Source: an uncultured virus (IMG/VR IMGVR_UViG_3300013110_000406) (taxonomy: Duplodnaviria; Heunggongvirae; Uroviricota; Caudoviricetes). From it: a stretch of DNA of 64,000 nt. Both the position numbers and the translations under genes were made by a program. The stretch lies in the IMG/VR virus record IMGVR_UViG_3300013110_000406; one strand, written 5' to 3'. This document shows, one piece after another, positions 29,979 to 40,469 of the stretch. Every line of letters begins with the position of its first letter. The stretch's first letter is position 1. A model generated the notes under the pieces. The model ran no database searches. It saw only the letters and a list, made by a program, of their open reading frames with translations, and was not told the origin of the DNA.

Positions 29979-30935
29979 ATGCCCATTGACAAAAACTTTT
30001 ATAATCAGTCGTCTGCAGCCAATTTGGGGTGGGATCCCTCGTGGTTTACTGAAAAATACTACGATGATAAATTGGTTCGAGCCGTTAAAAAATGGCAAAA
30101 GGAGCGAGGTCTCACGCCTGATGGCTTAGTGGGTCCAATGACATTTCGTCGTATTTGGACGGAAAGACAATCAAATATTGATGAGCATAAGCCATCGACG
30201 CCAAGCTATTCTAATTATATTGTTTATAATGGAAACTTTATTCCTATTGACTGGGATAAGGTAGTATTGTGGTCGGAGAATGGGGGACTGAAGGCAAAGC
30301 CAGGGAGCCACTACGATTACAGTGGTCGACCCGGCCGAGCAATTCGCTATTTTGTTAATCATTGGGATGTCTGCTTAAATTCTCGCGCCTGCCAACAGGT
30401 GCTAGACAATCGAGGAATTTCAGTTCATTTTCTAATTGATAATGACGGGACGATTTACCAGACTATTGATATGCAACATGGTTGCTGGCATGCGGGAAGC
30501 GAGAGGGCCAACCGGGCGTCGGTGGGGGTAGAGATTTCTAATGCTTATTACCCTAAATATCAAGAGTGGTATGTGCGGAATGGCTACGGAGAACGTCCGA
30601 TGCTCGAAGGGGTAAGATGCCAAGGAGAGGAGTTGGATTCTTTTATGGGGTTCTACCCAGCCCAAATTAGGGCGCTTAAGCAATTGTGGAAAGCCATTCA
30701 TCATGGGCTGAACATTCCTTATACTGCGCCCCAGAACCAGTTCAATAATACAGCGAGCAAGTATGTACAGGATGTTAAGTACGGAGATTTTCGTGGCTTT
30801 GTAAGTCACTACCACGTTTCTAAGAACAAGATTGATTGTGCAGGCTTAGATATCAAGACTATTCTTGAAGAGGTTGAAGAAGAGGAAGCAACTGGATATA
30901 ATAGTGCCAGCGCCGTGTGTGAAGATCGTTCATGA
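29979..30935 (+). CDS. N-acetylmuramoyl-L-alanine amidase (endolysin) with PG-binding domain
   Basis: AVKKWQKERGLTPDGLVGPMT; NHWD, SVHFLID.DG.IYQ, WHAG, GVEI, SHYH, KIDC. Confidence 0.88.
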   Translation: MPIDKNFYNQSSAANLGWDPSWFTEKYYDDKLVRAVKKWQKERGLTPDGLVGPMTFRRIWTERQSNIDEHKPSTPSYSNYIVYNGNFIPIDWDKVVLWSENGGLKAKPGSHYDYSGRPGRAIRYFVNHWDVCLNSRACQQVLDNRGISVHFLIDNDGTIYQTIDMQHGCWHAGSERANRASVGVEISNAYYPKYQEWYVRNGYGERPMLEGVRCQGEELDSFMGFYPAQIRALKQLWKAIHHGLNIPYTAPQNQFNNTASKYVQDVKYGDFRGFVSHYHVSKNKIDCAGLDIKTILEEVEEEEATGYNSASAVCEDRS

Positions 30936-31806
30936 ATATGAAGAAATAGTAATTGGGAGTAATTTAACCGCAGTTTTATATGCCTTTAGCAATAAGTTGC
31001 CCCTTTTTTTCACTCGTCTGCAACAGCCTTTTCGCTTTGATTATTTAGACACGCACCTAGATATCGCTTGTGTGGGAATGGAAAATCGTACTCGCGAGCT
31101 TCTTACTCACCATGGCAAGATTAACGTTGGGCTGCCCAAAAAATTGCTTTGGGAGCGATTGTTGTTTATAATTTCCCTGGCAGGCAGGGCGCCCCTAAGC
31201 ACTCTTTGTCAGAGCATTAGACATAATGGCGAATCTCTGATTTGTTCTAACGAGTACTCAAAAATAGCTGAAGTTAAATTTCAAAAAGCTTATTATTTTG
31301 GAGACGATAATTGTTCTGGCTTAGTTAATGAAAAAAGAGTTGCCAATCCTTCATATATGTGCTATGATTGGATAGCATTCAATCGTGGAGGAAAGCATGA
31401 AATCGATCTTATCGAAACCACAGACAGCTTTGTCAAGCAAATCTGGTTTTATCCTACAGATCGCGTTGATGGCAACTCTCCTATCAAGGATGCTTGCTTA
31501 GTTTCCACGCTCACCAAAGAAGAACTACTAGATTTTGATTACTCCCAAACGATGGCGAGATTTAAGATGATAGCAGAGATGAGAGACAGAGAAATGAGAG
31601 GACCGTTTAATGGCTATTCCCCTGCGGGCAATCCGAAATATTATAATTTTAGAACTTCTATCATCGGCCGCGAGACAAGCAAGAAATCGGCGCGCCCACG
31701 AGCCTCCCTCTCTACGGTTGAGGTTTCAACCATTCAAGAAGAAACTTTGCTCGAAGATTTACCACAGGCTTGTGTGGGATACGATAGACTTTTAGAGAAC
31801 TTATGA
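30865..31806 (+). CDS. Hypothetical protein, degenerate Rossmann-like N-terminus (start uncertain)
   Basis: YEEIVIGSNLTAVLYA resembles an FAD-binding beta-alpha unit without a full GxGxxG. Confidence 0.5.
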   Translation: MKRLKKRKQLDIIVPAPCVKIVHEYEEIVIGSNLTAVLYAFSNKLPLFFTRLQQPFRFDYLDTHLDIACVGMENRTRELLTHHGKINVGLPKKLLWERLLFIISLAGRAPLSTLCQSIRHNGESLICSNEYSKIAEVKFQKAYYFGDDNCSGLVNEKRVANPSYMCYDWIAFNRGGKHEIDLIETTDSFVKQIWFYPTDRVDGNSPIKDACLVSTLTKEELLDFDYSQTMARFKMIAEMRDREMRGPFNGYSPAGNPKYYNFRTSIIGRETSKKSARPRASLSTVEVSTIQEETLLEDLPQACVGYDRLLENL

Positions 31807-32705
31807 GCGATGGGCGGCACACACATCTAGCCGGTATTATACCGCTAGCTAACCTGACTACTGATTTTGATCTCCCCACTCCGGAGTGCCTCACGCCTGT
31901 GGATCCTGGCTTCACCGCCATCCAAAAAGCAGTGTTTGAATGTGCTGTCGCAGGATGTCAGACCATATGGATTGTGGCCAACGACGATTTGGCACCTTTA
32001 GTAAAGAAAGTGGTTGGAGAGTGGACATATGATCCCGTTTATTACTCGCGCTCTCACAGCATCTTTCCCAGCGAGCATCGTAAAGAGATCCCTATATATT
32101 ATGTGCCTATCCACCCCAAAGATCGCGACCGCCGCGATTCTTATGGATGGTCAGTGCTGCATGGCATTAATTCTGCGTGGAGGGTAGCTAATATTATTTC
32201 GCGGTGGGTCGTTCCCGATAAGTATTTTGTCACATTTCCAATGAGTGCGTATAATGTCTATGCCCTCAGAAATTTCCGGGCAAAAATTTCAGATTTTGAA
32301 AATAACTTTTTTTTAACTCACAATGGCAAAACTGTAAAGGATAATGAACACTTGGCGTTTACTATGTTTAGTGAAGACTTCATTCACTGCCGTCGCCATG
32401 TGAACAAAACTACGACAAGAGAATACTTAAATCCTGGGCCCGATGAAAAATACCCCCAAGAAAAACTACCACTCGCAAAAAGGTGGTCTGCCAGAGGGTT
32501 TGACTTCGCTACTATTTTTGAGAAGATTAATGAAAAGAATTCATACAAAATGGACATAGATTGGTATTATGACATTTCCAAATGGTCAGAATATCAAGCC
32601 TTTATGGGTTCAGAAAATTTCATACAAAAACCATCAAATAGCTTGACAAAGGCGCATACACATGTTAAATTACCATATAGAGAGGGAGAAATAGATGACG
32701 ATTAA
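31803..32705 (+). CDS. Sugar-nucleotidyltransferase-like protein (divergent)
   Basis: AGIIPLA...PECLTPV...AGCQTIWIV resembles the NTP_transferase N-terminus. Confidence 0.5.
   Translation: MSDGRHTHLAGIIPLANLTTDFDLPTPECLTPVDPGFTAIQKAVFECAVAGCQTIWIVANDDLAPLVKKVVGEWTYDPVYYSRSHSIFPSEHRKEIPIYYVPIHPKDRDRRDSYGWSVLHGINSAWRVANIISRWVVPDKYFVTFPMSAYNVYALRNFRAKISDFENNFFLTHNGKTVKDNEHLAFTMFSEDFIHCRRHVNKTTTREYLNPGPDEKYPQEKLPLAKRWSARGFDFATIFEKINEKNSYKMDIDWYYDISKWSEYQAFMGSENFIQKPSNSLTKAHTHVKLPYREGEIDDD
32643..32671 (+). promoter_or_regulatory. Sigma70-type promoter
   Basis: TTGACA-N17-TAAATT with extended TG, upstream of dnaE. Confidence 0.55.
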
Positions 32706-35700
32706 ATTCGTGGGGCTTCACGCCCACAGTGTGGCAGGATCTATCTTTGATGCAATCGGATACCCCGATGCTCATATGGATTTTGCTTTTGAGAACGGGA
32801 GCGATGCGTTAGCGCTCACGGACCATGGAAACATGAACGGACTAGCGGGACAGGTTTTGCATGCCAAGAAGATGCAGGCAGAGGGCAAAGACTTTAAACC
32901 GATTTTCGGCGTCGAGGCTTACTTCATTCCTTCCATTGAAGAATGGCGAGAAGAATATGAAGCAGCCATGGCCGACAAGAAACGTGCTCGAAGCGCAAAG
33001 AAAGACGCAGCTTCGGGTGCAACAGTAGAAGACGAGACCGATAGCAAGAAGGTGCAAGGCTTATTGCGCCGACGTCGCCATCTCATTCTATTGGCTCAAA
33101 ATCAAACCGGACTTAATAATCTCTTTAAGCTGGTTTCTGAAAGCTATAAGAGCGAGAACTTTTATCGGTATCCGCGCATGGACTACGCACTATTAGAGAA
33201 GTATGGTGAAGGCGTTATTGCTGCATCGGCTTGTCTCGGTGGAGTGTATGCCGGAAACTACTGGGAGAATGGTATTTATGATGAAGAGGGCAATCGCACC
33301 GGCGTAAACCGCGAAGGAGCGCTCGATGATATGCGCGAGACTACCCGTCGTATGCAAGCAGTCTTTGGAGATCGCTGGTATGGCGAGCTACAGTGGAACA
33401 ACATTAAAGAACAGCATGAACTTAACCAGCTCATTATTCAGATTTCGGAAGAGTTTGATATGAAGCTGATTTCCACAGCCGACAGCCACTACCCGAACCA
33501 GACCGCATGGAAGGATAGGGAGTTATACAAGCGCCTAGGCTGGCTTGGAAAAGGAACTCCATCCTGGGGTGAGGGTGCGGAATTCCCCGAGGGTGTAGAA
33601 GAGATTGGATACGAACTGTATCCCAAGAATGGCGATCAAATGTGGGAGAGCTATCAGAACTATTGCAAGAGCAGCGGTTTTGAATATGATGATGCATTAG
33701 TGATGAACAGCATCACAGAAACCTACCACATCGCCCACGACCGCATTGAAAGCTTCTTTCCAGATACAACCGTGCGGCTTCCTGACTTTGTGGTGCCGGC
33801 TGGTACAACAGCCACCCAGGCTCTGGTCAACTATGCGCTTGAAGGCTTGCGTCTTAAGGGATTACAAAACAACAAAGAATATTTAGCGCGCCTGCGCCGC
33901 GAACTTGATGTCATTGATGACCGAGGCTTCTCCAAATATTTCTTGACGATGAAAGCTATCGCTGATGAGGCCACCAAGCAGATGCTTGCTGGTCCTGGGC
34001 GAGGGTCAGCCGCTGGTTCGCTGGTTGCCTACGCACTCGGAATTACACAGGTCGATCCGATCAAGTATAACCTTCTGTTCTCGCGCTTTCTGCGTTCAGA
34101 TGCAACCGACTATCCTGATATCGATTATGATGTATCGGACAGTATGGAATTGAAAGAGAAGTTAGTTGAGATGTGGGGTGAAGATTGTGTAGCCCCGATC
34201 TCCAACTGGAACACTTTGCAGTTGAGATCTCTTATCAAAGACATCTCAAAGCTTTATGGTATCCCCTTTACAGAGGTTAACAATGTCACTAGTGTGATGA
34301 TGAGAGAGGCCACACCCGAGGCCAAGAAGAAGCATGGCATCAAAGCCGGCATCTATGCGCCCACCTGGGAAGAGGTGATGGAGTTTTCCGTCACGCTCCA
34401 AGCCTTTCTCCAGAAGTATCCGGAGGTCAAAGCTCGTGTTGAAGGTCTTGTGGGACAAGTACGCTCCTGCTCTCGACATGCAGGTGGTGTTGTCATCGCT
34501 GAAGATCTCGACCGTCACATGCCATTGATTAACTCTGGTGGTGTCCGTCAATCTCCCTGGAGTGAGGGGCAGAACGTGCGGCATCTAGAACCGATGGGAT
34601 TCATTAAATTTGATTTGCTCGGACTCTCGACATTAAAGATGATGGAAGGGTGCATCGAACATATCTTGCGGCGCCATCATGGTGTTGAGGAGCCGACTTT
34701 CGATGATATTTTAGACTATTATAATAAGACCATCCATCCCGATGTGATTGACTTTGATGATCTTGAGGTATATAAGAATATCTTTCACCAAGGCAAGTGG
34801 GCAGGCGTCTTTCAGTTCACCGAGCAAGGAGCGCAGAGTTTCTGTACGAGAGTAAAGCCAACCAACATCATTGATGTTTCGGCTATTACTTCTATCTTTC
34901 GTCCAGGTCCGCTGTCGGCTGGTGTTGACGTTGATTACGTTGAAGCCAAGAACCACCCACAGTATGTATCGTATCTCTCTGATGAGGCTCAAGAAATTAC
35001 TGAAGAAACTTTTGGCTTTCTTATCTTTCAAGAACAGATTGCGTTGCTAGCTCATAAATTAGGTGGACTTACTCTTGACGAAGGCAATATGCTGCGCAAG
35101 GTGCTGACCAAGAAGGGCACCGGCAAGAACAGTGTCAAGGCTAAGCTGCACACCAAGTTTATCAAGGGATGCGCGGCCAAGAAAATTCACCGAGACAAGG
35201 CTGAAGATCTCTGGAACAAGTTTGAGTATTTCTCTGGCTATGGTTTCAACAAGTCGCACGCAGTTAGTTATAGCATTATCTCTTATCAGTGTGCGTGGCT
35301 GTGGAATTATTATCCTTCTGAGTGGATGGCTGCGTTCTTGGACAAAGAGCCTGAGACCAGAAAAGAAAAGGCAATCAACATCGCCAAGAAATATGGTTTT
35401 AAGATTGCACCACTGGATATCAACAAGTCCGGCACAGTATGGGAGATCAGTGACGATGGTAAGACTCTTATTCAGCCTCTGACTTCTATCAAGGGTCTAG
35501 GCATGGCCGCCATCGAACAGATTCTTGACCATCGACCCTTTAAGAACGCGGAAGATCTCTTGTTCCGAGAAGGTATATCATACAGCAAATTCAACAAGAA
35601 AGCTTTGGATGCGCTAGCACGAGGTGGAGCTTTAGATGATATTATCGATGATAGATTCACAGGACGCAAGCATTTTTGGTCTGCATGTGTGGTAGAGCGC

Positions 35701-36135
35701 CCCAAGAACCTGAAGAAGCTGCTAGAGAACATCGAAACCTATCGACCCGAAGGCGATTTCAGCGAAGAGGAGATCATTCAGTTTAAAACAGAGCTTACGG
35801 GAGTGTTCCCCATTAACCTTGTGATTAAAGCGGAGACAGTCGAGAAGCTCCAAGAAAAGTTTATCCCACCAATCTCCGAGTTTGATACAGCTTTAGAAGT
35901 GTGTTGGTTTATTCCACGCAAAATCATTCCTAAGAAAACAAAAAATGGAAAACTTTATTGGATTGTGGAAACAATTGATTCGAATAATGAACTCACAAAG
36001 ATCCGGTGTTGGGGCGTAAAACCCGAGAAAGATACTATCTTTTTGAACAGACCGTATATGGCCAAATTGCGCTATGATGAACAATGGGGATTTTCTACTT
36101 ACGCAATTGGGAAGACTTTCAGATTGTTGGGCTAG
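32695..36135 (+). CDS. dnaE: DNA polymerase III alpha subunit (family C)
   Basis: PHP domain LHAHS, ALTDHG, GVEAY; GRGSAAGSLVAY.LGIT, PDIDYD, HAGGVVI, KFDLLGL, YGFNKSHA. Confidence 0.97.
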   Translation: MTIKFVGLHAHSVAGSIFDAIGYPDAHMDFAFENGSDALALTDHGNMNGLAGQVLHAKKMQAEGKDFKPIFGVEAYFIPSIEEWREEYEAAMADKKRARSAKKDAASGATVEDETDSKKVQGLLRRRRHLILLAQNQTGLNNLFKLVSESYKSENFYRYPRMDYALLEKYGEGVIAASACLGGVYAGNYWENGIYDEEGNRTGVNREGALDDMRETTRRMQAVFGDRWYGELQWNNIKEQHELNQLIIQISEEFDMKLISTADSHYPNQTAWKDRELYKRLGWLGKGTPSWGEGAEFPEGVEEIGYELYPKNGDQMWESYQNYCKSSGFEYDDALVMNSITETYHIAHDRIESFFPDTTVRLPDFVVPAGTTATQALVNYALEGLRLKGLQNNKEYLARLRRELDVIDDRGFSKYFLTMKAIADEATKQMLAGPGRGSAAGSLVAYALGITQVDPIKYNLLFSRFLRSDATDYPDIDYDVSDSMELKEKLVEMWGEDCVAPISNWNTLQLRSLIKDISKLYGIPFTEVNNVTSVMMREATPEAKKKHGIKAGIYAPTWEEVMEFSVTLQAFLQKYPEVKARVEGLVGQVRSCSRHAGGVVIAEDLDRHMPLINSGGVRQSPWSEGQNVRHLEPMGFIKFDLLGLSTLKMMEGCIEHILRRHHGVEEPTFDDILDYYNKTIHPDVIDFDDLEVYKNIFHQGKWAGVFQFTEQGAQSFCTRVKPTNIIDVSAITSIFRPGPLSAGVDVDYVEAKNHPQYVSYLSDEAQEITEETFGFLIFQEQIALLAHKLGGLTLDEGNMLRKVLTKKGTGKNSVKAKLHTKFIKGCAAKKIHRDKAEDLWNKFEYFSGYGFNKSHAVSYSIISYQCAWLWNYYPSEWMAAFLDKEPETRKEKAINIAKKYGFKIAPLDINKSGTVWEISDDGKTLIQPLTSIKGLGMAAIEQILDHRPFKNAEDLLFREGISYSKFNKKALDALARGGALDDIIDDRFTGRKHFWSACVVERPKNLKKLLENIETYRPEGDFSEEEIIQFKTELTGVFPINLVIKAETVEKLQEKFIPPISEFDTALEVCWFIPRKIIPKKTKNGKLYWIVETIDSNNELTKIRCWGVKPEKDTIFLNRPYMAKLRYDEQWGFSTYAIGKTFRLLG

Positions 36136-36143
36136 TTAGTAAT

Positions 36144-36749
36144 ATGAACGTCATCAAAAACTTCAGTCCTCTTCTTAAAGACAAAGAGTTTATTGAGGAT
36201 TTGCCTGTTGTCATTCGCGTGAGAAAGTTTGACGAAGCCGCCGCCAAAGAATTTTCAGCGGCAGTATCTAAAGCTCAAAATACCGGACAACCCATATTGC
36301 CGGTCGTAATTGATAGTTATGGTGGACAAGTATACAGTTTGATGTCGATGATTTCAGATATTAGTGCCTCTCGGATCCCGGTGGCTACGATTGTGCAGGG
36401 GAAAGCCATGTCGTGCGGAGCTATTCTCTTTAGCTTTGGTGCCCAAGGTCACCGCTATATGGACCCGGACGCAACAATAATGATTCATGATGTAAGCTCG
36501 ATGAGTTGGGGCAAAGTAGAAGAGATTAAAGCTTCTGCTGAAGAAACCGAGAGATTAAATCAAAAGGTTTATAAGATGATGGCCATGAATTGTGGACATC
36601 ACCAGGATTACTTTCTCGACATTATTCATGAAAAAGGCCATGCCGACTGGTTTCTAGAAGCAGACGAATGCCTCAAACATAATTTAACTAATCACACTCA
36701 TGTGCCCGAATTAAGAATCGAAGCACGCGTCAAATTTAAATTTGAGTAG
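36144..36749 (+). CDS. clpP: ClpP-like protease (copy 1)
   Basis: IDSYGG.V, GKAMSCG (Ser), MIHD (His), DWFL.A.E (Asp). Confidence 0.88.
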   Translation: MNVIKNFSPLLKDKEFIEDLPVVIRVRKFDEAAAKEFSAAVSKAQNTGQPILPVVIDSYGGQVYSLMSMISDISASRIPVATIVQGKAMSCGAILFSFGAQGHRYMDPDATIMIHDVSSMSWGKVEEIKASAEETERLNQKVYKMMAMNCGHHQDYFLDIIHEKGHADWFLEADECLKHNLTNHTHVPELRIEARVKFKFE

Positions 36750-36775
36750 GAACACCCGACTACTTATAGACGGAG

Positions 36776-37480
36776 GTGCTTGATGTGTCCACTAGTCATG
36801 TCGAATGGAAGAGGCAGGTTAATACTTTACGCTTTTTATATCGAGAATTAGAATTAGTCGAAGAGATGATCGAGGAAGCAACCCCGGCTTTTTTACAATA
36901 CTATCGGGATTTTTGCAAGAGACACCATATTACACCCGAGAATGGACCTCCCGGGACGGAGCCCGCTCCCGAAAATCCAGAAGAAATTATGGGCGCTCTC
37001 GCGCCTATATCCGGCTCTATGACACCTCCTAAAGAATATTTTAATGATGAATTTGGAAACTGGCACTTAAAAGAAACGCCCCAAAAGCCGGAAGAGGCTG
37101 AAGCGCACAAGGTGTTTACCAAGATTTTTAAAAAAATTGCTTACCATCTACATCCTGATCGTGCACCACCCACTTTAAGTGCAGCAGAAGAAGAAAGACG
37201 CTTGAAAATGTTTAAAAAGACATTAGAAGCTTTAGAAAATAAACAATATTTTCGACTGATGATTATCGCTGAAAAGTTCGATATCGAAACTCCAGAGCTA
37301 AACGAAGAACAGCAAAAGTGGCTCAAGCACGAAATTGTAACGGCGCGTGCCAGTCTTGGGAGCCTCCAAGGCACCTATAATTATCACTTTTCTCAATGTA
37401 AAACTGACGACCAAAAAGAACAACTAATGAAAAGCTTTGTCTCACAAAATTTTGGCATTCAGGTAGAAAAAAACACTTGA
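36776..37480 (+). CDS. J-domain (DnaJ-like) protein
   Basis: KIFKKIAYHLHPDR (HPD motif in helical context). Confidence 0.7.
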   Translation: MLDVSTSHVEWKRQVNTLRFLYRELELVEEMIEEATPAFLQYYRDFCKRHHITPENGPPGTEPAPENPEEIMGALAPISGSMTPPKEYFNDEFGNWHLKETPQKPEEAEAHKVFTKIFKKIAYHLHPDRAPPTLSAAEEERRLKMFKKTLEALENKQYFRLMIIAEKFDIETPELNEEQQKWLKHEIVTARASLGSLQGTYNYHFSQCKTDDQKEQLMKSFVSQNFGIQVEKNT

Positions 37481-37505
37481 CGTACTCAATTGGATCTGTT
37501 ATATT
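37477..37505 (+). promoter_or_regulatory. Sigma70-type promoter
   Basis: TTGACG-N17-TATATT with extended TG. Confidence 0.65.
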
Positions 37506-37529
37506 ATATAAGTAACACAGGAGGTAAGT

Positions 37530-37787
37530 GTGGCCAATTCACACGAAGAGAAGAAGAGATATGTCAAGGAGTATATTCGCTCCCTGGCAGCAATTGAAGA
37601 GGCGATGGAACCCTACAAGGATCAACGCCGCGATCTGCGGGCAGAGTACCGCGAGAACAGTTGGTTGAATACCGACGAGATTAGAGCAGCAGTAAAGGCA
37701 TACCGTCTTTATAAAGGAAAGTTTAACATCGATGAAGTGGTGGAGAATTTTGAAATGATTAGTGGAGGGTCAAGAGCTAATGAATAA
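37530..37787 (+). CDS. Small dsDNA-binding protein (T4 DsbA/GapR-like, putative)
   Basis: 85 aa helical, KEYIRSLAAIEE...RRDLRAEY pattern; strong SD. Confidence 0.45.
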   Translation: MANSHEEKKRYVKEYIRSLAAIEEAMEPYKDQRRDLRAEYRENSWLNTDEIRAAVKAYRLYKGKFNIDEVVENFEMISGGSRANE

Positions 37788-38265
37788 AACAGTACAAAAA
37801 GTAATGTTCTCTAGTAAAACAGGAGACTGGTCAACCCCTCAAGATTTTTTTGACAAACTAAATTGGAGATTTGGGCCTTTTGATTTGGACCCTTGCGCCA
37901 CCCCCCACAATACAAAGTGCGCTAATTTCTATACCCCCACGGAGAACGGACTGGAAAAGAGTTGGCAAGGACATACAGTGTTTGTTAACCCCCCTTATGG
38001 CCGTGGTATTGAAGCGTGGATTAAGAAGGGCTATGAAGAAGCGCAAGACACCGACACCAAAGTAGTAATGTTGATTCCTGCGCGCACCGATACAAAATAT
38101 TGGCACGACTATGTAATGAAGGCAGAAATGGTCTTCTTCATTAAAGGGCGCCTTAAGTTTGGAGACAGTGAAAACAGCGCACCATTTCCTTCAGCGGTCG
38201 TAGTCTTTAGCAGGCGCCCTAAAGGATGGGGATGTACACCGGGAATGGGGGCGCTCACCCGATGA
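37780..38265 (+). CDS. Phage DNA N6-adenine methyltransferase
   Basis: WSTPQDFFD, FDLDPCA, VFVNPPYG, VMLIPARTDT.YWH, GRLKF, APFPS. Confidence 0.92.
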   Translation: MNKTVQKVMFSSKTGDWSTPQDFFDKLNWRFGPFDLDPCATPHNTKCANFYTPTENGLEKSWQGHTVFVNPPYGRGIEAWIKKGYEEAQDTDTKVVMLIPARTDTKYWHDYVMKAEMVFFIKGRLKFGDSENSAPFPSAVVVFSRRPKGWGCTPGMGALTR

Positions 38266-38555
38266 ATAGAAAGCAGCGCCGCCGCAAGGAAAAGATGAAG
38301 AAAAAGTTATCTCCAGAAGAACAAAATCTTTCGGAAAAAATTTCTCTTTTCAATCAGCTTGCCGAAGAGTGTTTAGCTTGCACTAAGCCGTTTGACAAGC
38401 AGGATAAGGCTATGGTACAATCATGGAATGTCGTAGTGCGAGAAGACAAAGACCCACCCGTCCGTCTTTATTGTCCCGATTGTTGGGAGAGAGCCCAAAC
38501 TATTGCTAAACAATATTTAGAAGAACACAAGGAGCAAGCAAATGAGAGTGACTAG
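38262..38555 (+). CDS. Hypothetical zinc-finger protein
   Basis: CLAC...CPDC; basic N-terminus MNRKQRRR. Confidence 0.6.
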   Translation: MNRKQRRRKEKMKKKLSPEEQNLSEKISLFNQLAEECLACTKPFDKQDKAMVQSWNVVVREDKDPPVRLYCPDCWERAQTIAKQYLEEHKEQANESD

Positions 38556-38907
38556 GTTATCAAAGGGAGCACTTACTAATCTTTTACAGGGTAAAACTTC
38601 TGTCCCTACTACATGTGTGGTTAAGTTTTATTCGAATGGGTGTCATTACTGCCACAAGCTTAAAGAGTATTACGAGAAAATCGCGGAAGAACATGGAGAT
38701 TTGCATTTTTTTGCATTCAATATTCAAGATGCAACAGGCATTGAAAATGAATTGGGCTTCAAAGGAGTGCCGACTATAATTAAAGTTAACACCAATAGTG
38801 GCACGCCACAAATTGAGATTATTGATGAGCCTCATACTCCTAATGAGTATACTTATTATACGTCTACGGACATTAAAAACTTTATCAACGGAGAACACCC
38901 AGAATGA
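38542..38907 (+). CDS. Thioredoxin-like protein
   Basis: VVKFYSNGCHYC, GVPTI. Confidence 0.85.
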   Translation: MRVTRLSKGALTNLLQGKTSVPTTCVVKFYSNGCHYCHKLKEYYEKIAEEHGDLHFFAFNIQDATGIENELGFKGVPTIIKVNTNSGTPQIEIIDEPHTPNEYTYYTSTDIKNFINGEHPE

Positions 38908-39332
38908 ATAAATCTATTTACCAAGCTTTATGGTACAACGTAGTAGCAGAAGCCTCAACAGTGGAGTCGGCCCTCGCCTATCGCATGCGCGCAGAAGAGA
39001 TAAGCTCTGAAACAGTTCAAGAGTGCAAAGAAATGCTAATGCACTTAGTTAATTTAAAGGCGGCACGTCACGAAATAGAGACAACATATAAGCCTCAATA
39101 CCTGGCACCGACGCCGCAAGAGGCAACCAAGGCGCAGACTGACGCTCAATGGGAACAATTGATTACCAAGGTAAACAAAATTGAAGCACACCTCGACCCC
39201 CGCGCTTCCAAGCGTACAGATCCGCCGACTCACGACGAATTAATGGAGCGCTCCACTTCTTATCGAGAGAGTCAAGGCGCCATCGCTATGGGAACTGTAG
39301 TTGAGGCAAAAGAGGAATTTGATGAAGAATAA
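38904..39332 (+). CDS. Hypothetical protein
   Basis: 142-aa ORF overlapping neighbours by ATGA-type coupling. Confidence 0.6.
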   Translation: MNKSIYQALWYNVVAEASTVESALAYRMRAEEISSETVQECKEMLMHLVNLKAARHEIETTYKPQYLAPTPQEATKAQTDAQWEQLITKVNKIEAHLDPRASKRTDPPTHDELMERSTSYRESQGAIAMGTVVEAKEEFDEE

Positions 39333-40350
39333 AGAAGCGCTTTCCTATGATGATGTATTGCTTAAACCGCAATATTCTGATATCACGTCACGAACCGAAA
39401 TTGATTTAAGCAGCGATTTAAAAGACGGATTCATATTACGGACCCCTATATTGGGCGCGCCAATGGATACTATTTCGCAAGCTGCCATGGCGACAGCATT
39501 AGGAAGAGAGGGCGCTAGCGCCGTTATTCATCGCTATAACCCTATTGAAGCTCAAGCACGTTTTGTGCGAATGGCGCGCGACGTAGGAGGGGACATTAAC
39601 GTTGGCGCCGCGGTAGGGGTAACTGGAGATTATCTTGAACGGGCAGCGACAGTAGTAGAACACGGCGCCACCTATTTATGTGTGGACGTTGCACATGGCC
39701 ACCATTGCTTAATGAAAGGCGCGCTGCATGCACTGAGAGAAAAATTTCCCGACTTGCATATTATGGCGGGCAACATCGCGACTCTTGAGGGGCTTAATGA
39801 TTTAGCTGACTGGGGTGCGAGTTCTGTTCGATGTAACATTGGTGGGGGCTCTATCTGCTCCACGCGCATTCAAACCGGGCATGGCATGCCGGGTCTTCAA
39901 ACCATTTTTGACTGCGCTCAAACCGACAGGGACGTGGCAATCATTGCCGATGGAGGCATTCGCAACTCAGGCGATATTGTTAAAGCACTAGCCGCCGGAG
40001 CAGACGCAGTGATGTGTGGCTCTCTCTTAGCCGGCACCACGGAGGCCCCAGGCCAAGTATTGCGTGATTCCGATGGAAGCGTTTGGAAATCCTATCGAGG
40101 AATGGCCAGCAAAGAGGCCCAAACAGAATGGAAAGGAAAGTATGCATCCTTTGAGGGAGTCGCCACGCGTGTACCCTACCAAGGAAAAGTGGCCGATGTG
40201 CTAGCAGACTTAACACGAGGAATACGCTCCGGACTATCTTATAGTGGTGCAAGATCAATCGAAGAACTTCAGGCTAAAGCAGAGTTTATATTGCAGACTT
40301 CATCTGGAGTATCTGAAAGCGGTACTCATATTTTAACGAGGAAATGGTAA
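39322..40350 (+). CDS. IMP dehydrogenase / GMP reductase family enzyme without CBS domains
   Basis: [47 protein letters not shown]. Confidence 0.92.
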   Translation: MKNKEALSYDDVLLKPQYSDITSRTEIDLSSDLKDGFILRTPILGAPMDTISQAAMATALGREGASAVIHRYNPIEAQARFVRMARDVGGDINVGAAVGVTGDYLERAATVVEHGATYLCVDVAHGHHCLMKGALHALREKFPDLHIMAGNIATLEGLNDLADWGASSVRCNIGGGSICSTRIQTGHGMPGLQTIFDCAQTDRDVAIIADGGIRNSGDIVKALAAGADAVMCGSLLAGTTEAPGQVLRDSDGSVWKSYRGMASKEAQTEWKGKYASFEGVATRVPYQGKVADVLADLTRGIRSGLSYSGARSIEELQAKAEFILQTSSGVSESGTHILTRKW

Positions 40351-40469
40351 TGCCTAATATCTCAAAAGAAGAAGTTAAAGAAATAGCTTTGTCAATGGTG
40401 CGCCCTGTTTTCTGGCTCCTGGTTGGGGTCTTAGCATATGCAGGGCTCGTCCAATGGGTTGGAGGATAA
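40350..40469 (+). CDS. 39-aa membrane peptide (not in ORF track)
   Basis: [44 protein letters not shown] overlap with upstream gene and fills the gap exactly. Confidence 0.6.
   Translation: MPNISKEEVKEIALSMVRPVFWLLVGVLAYAGLVQWVGG

Noticed and set aside
27707..36135. Inteins or introns in nrdJ and dnaE (also checked recA and helicase)
   Set aside because: Lengths are ordinary, frames are continuous, and no splice-junction or LAGLIDADG motifs were seen
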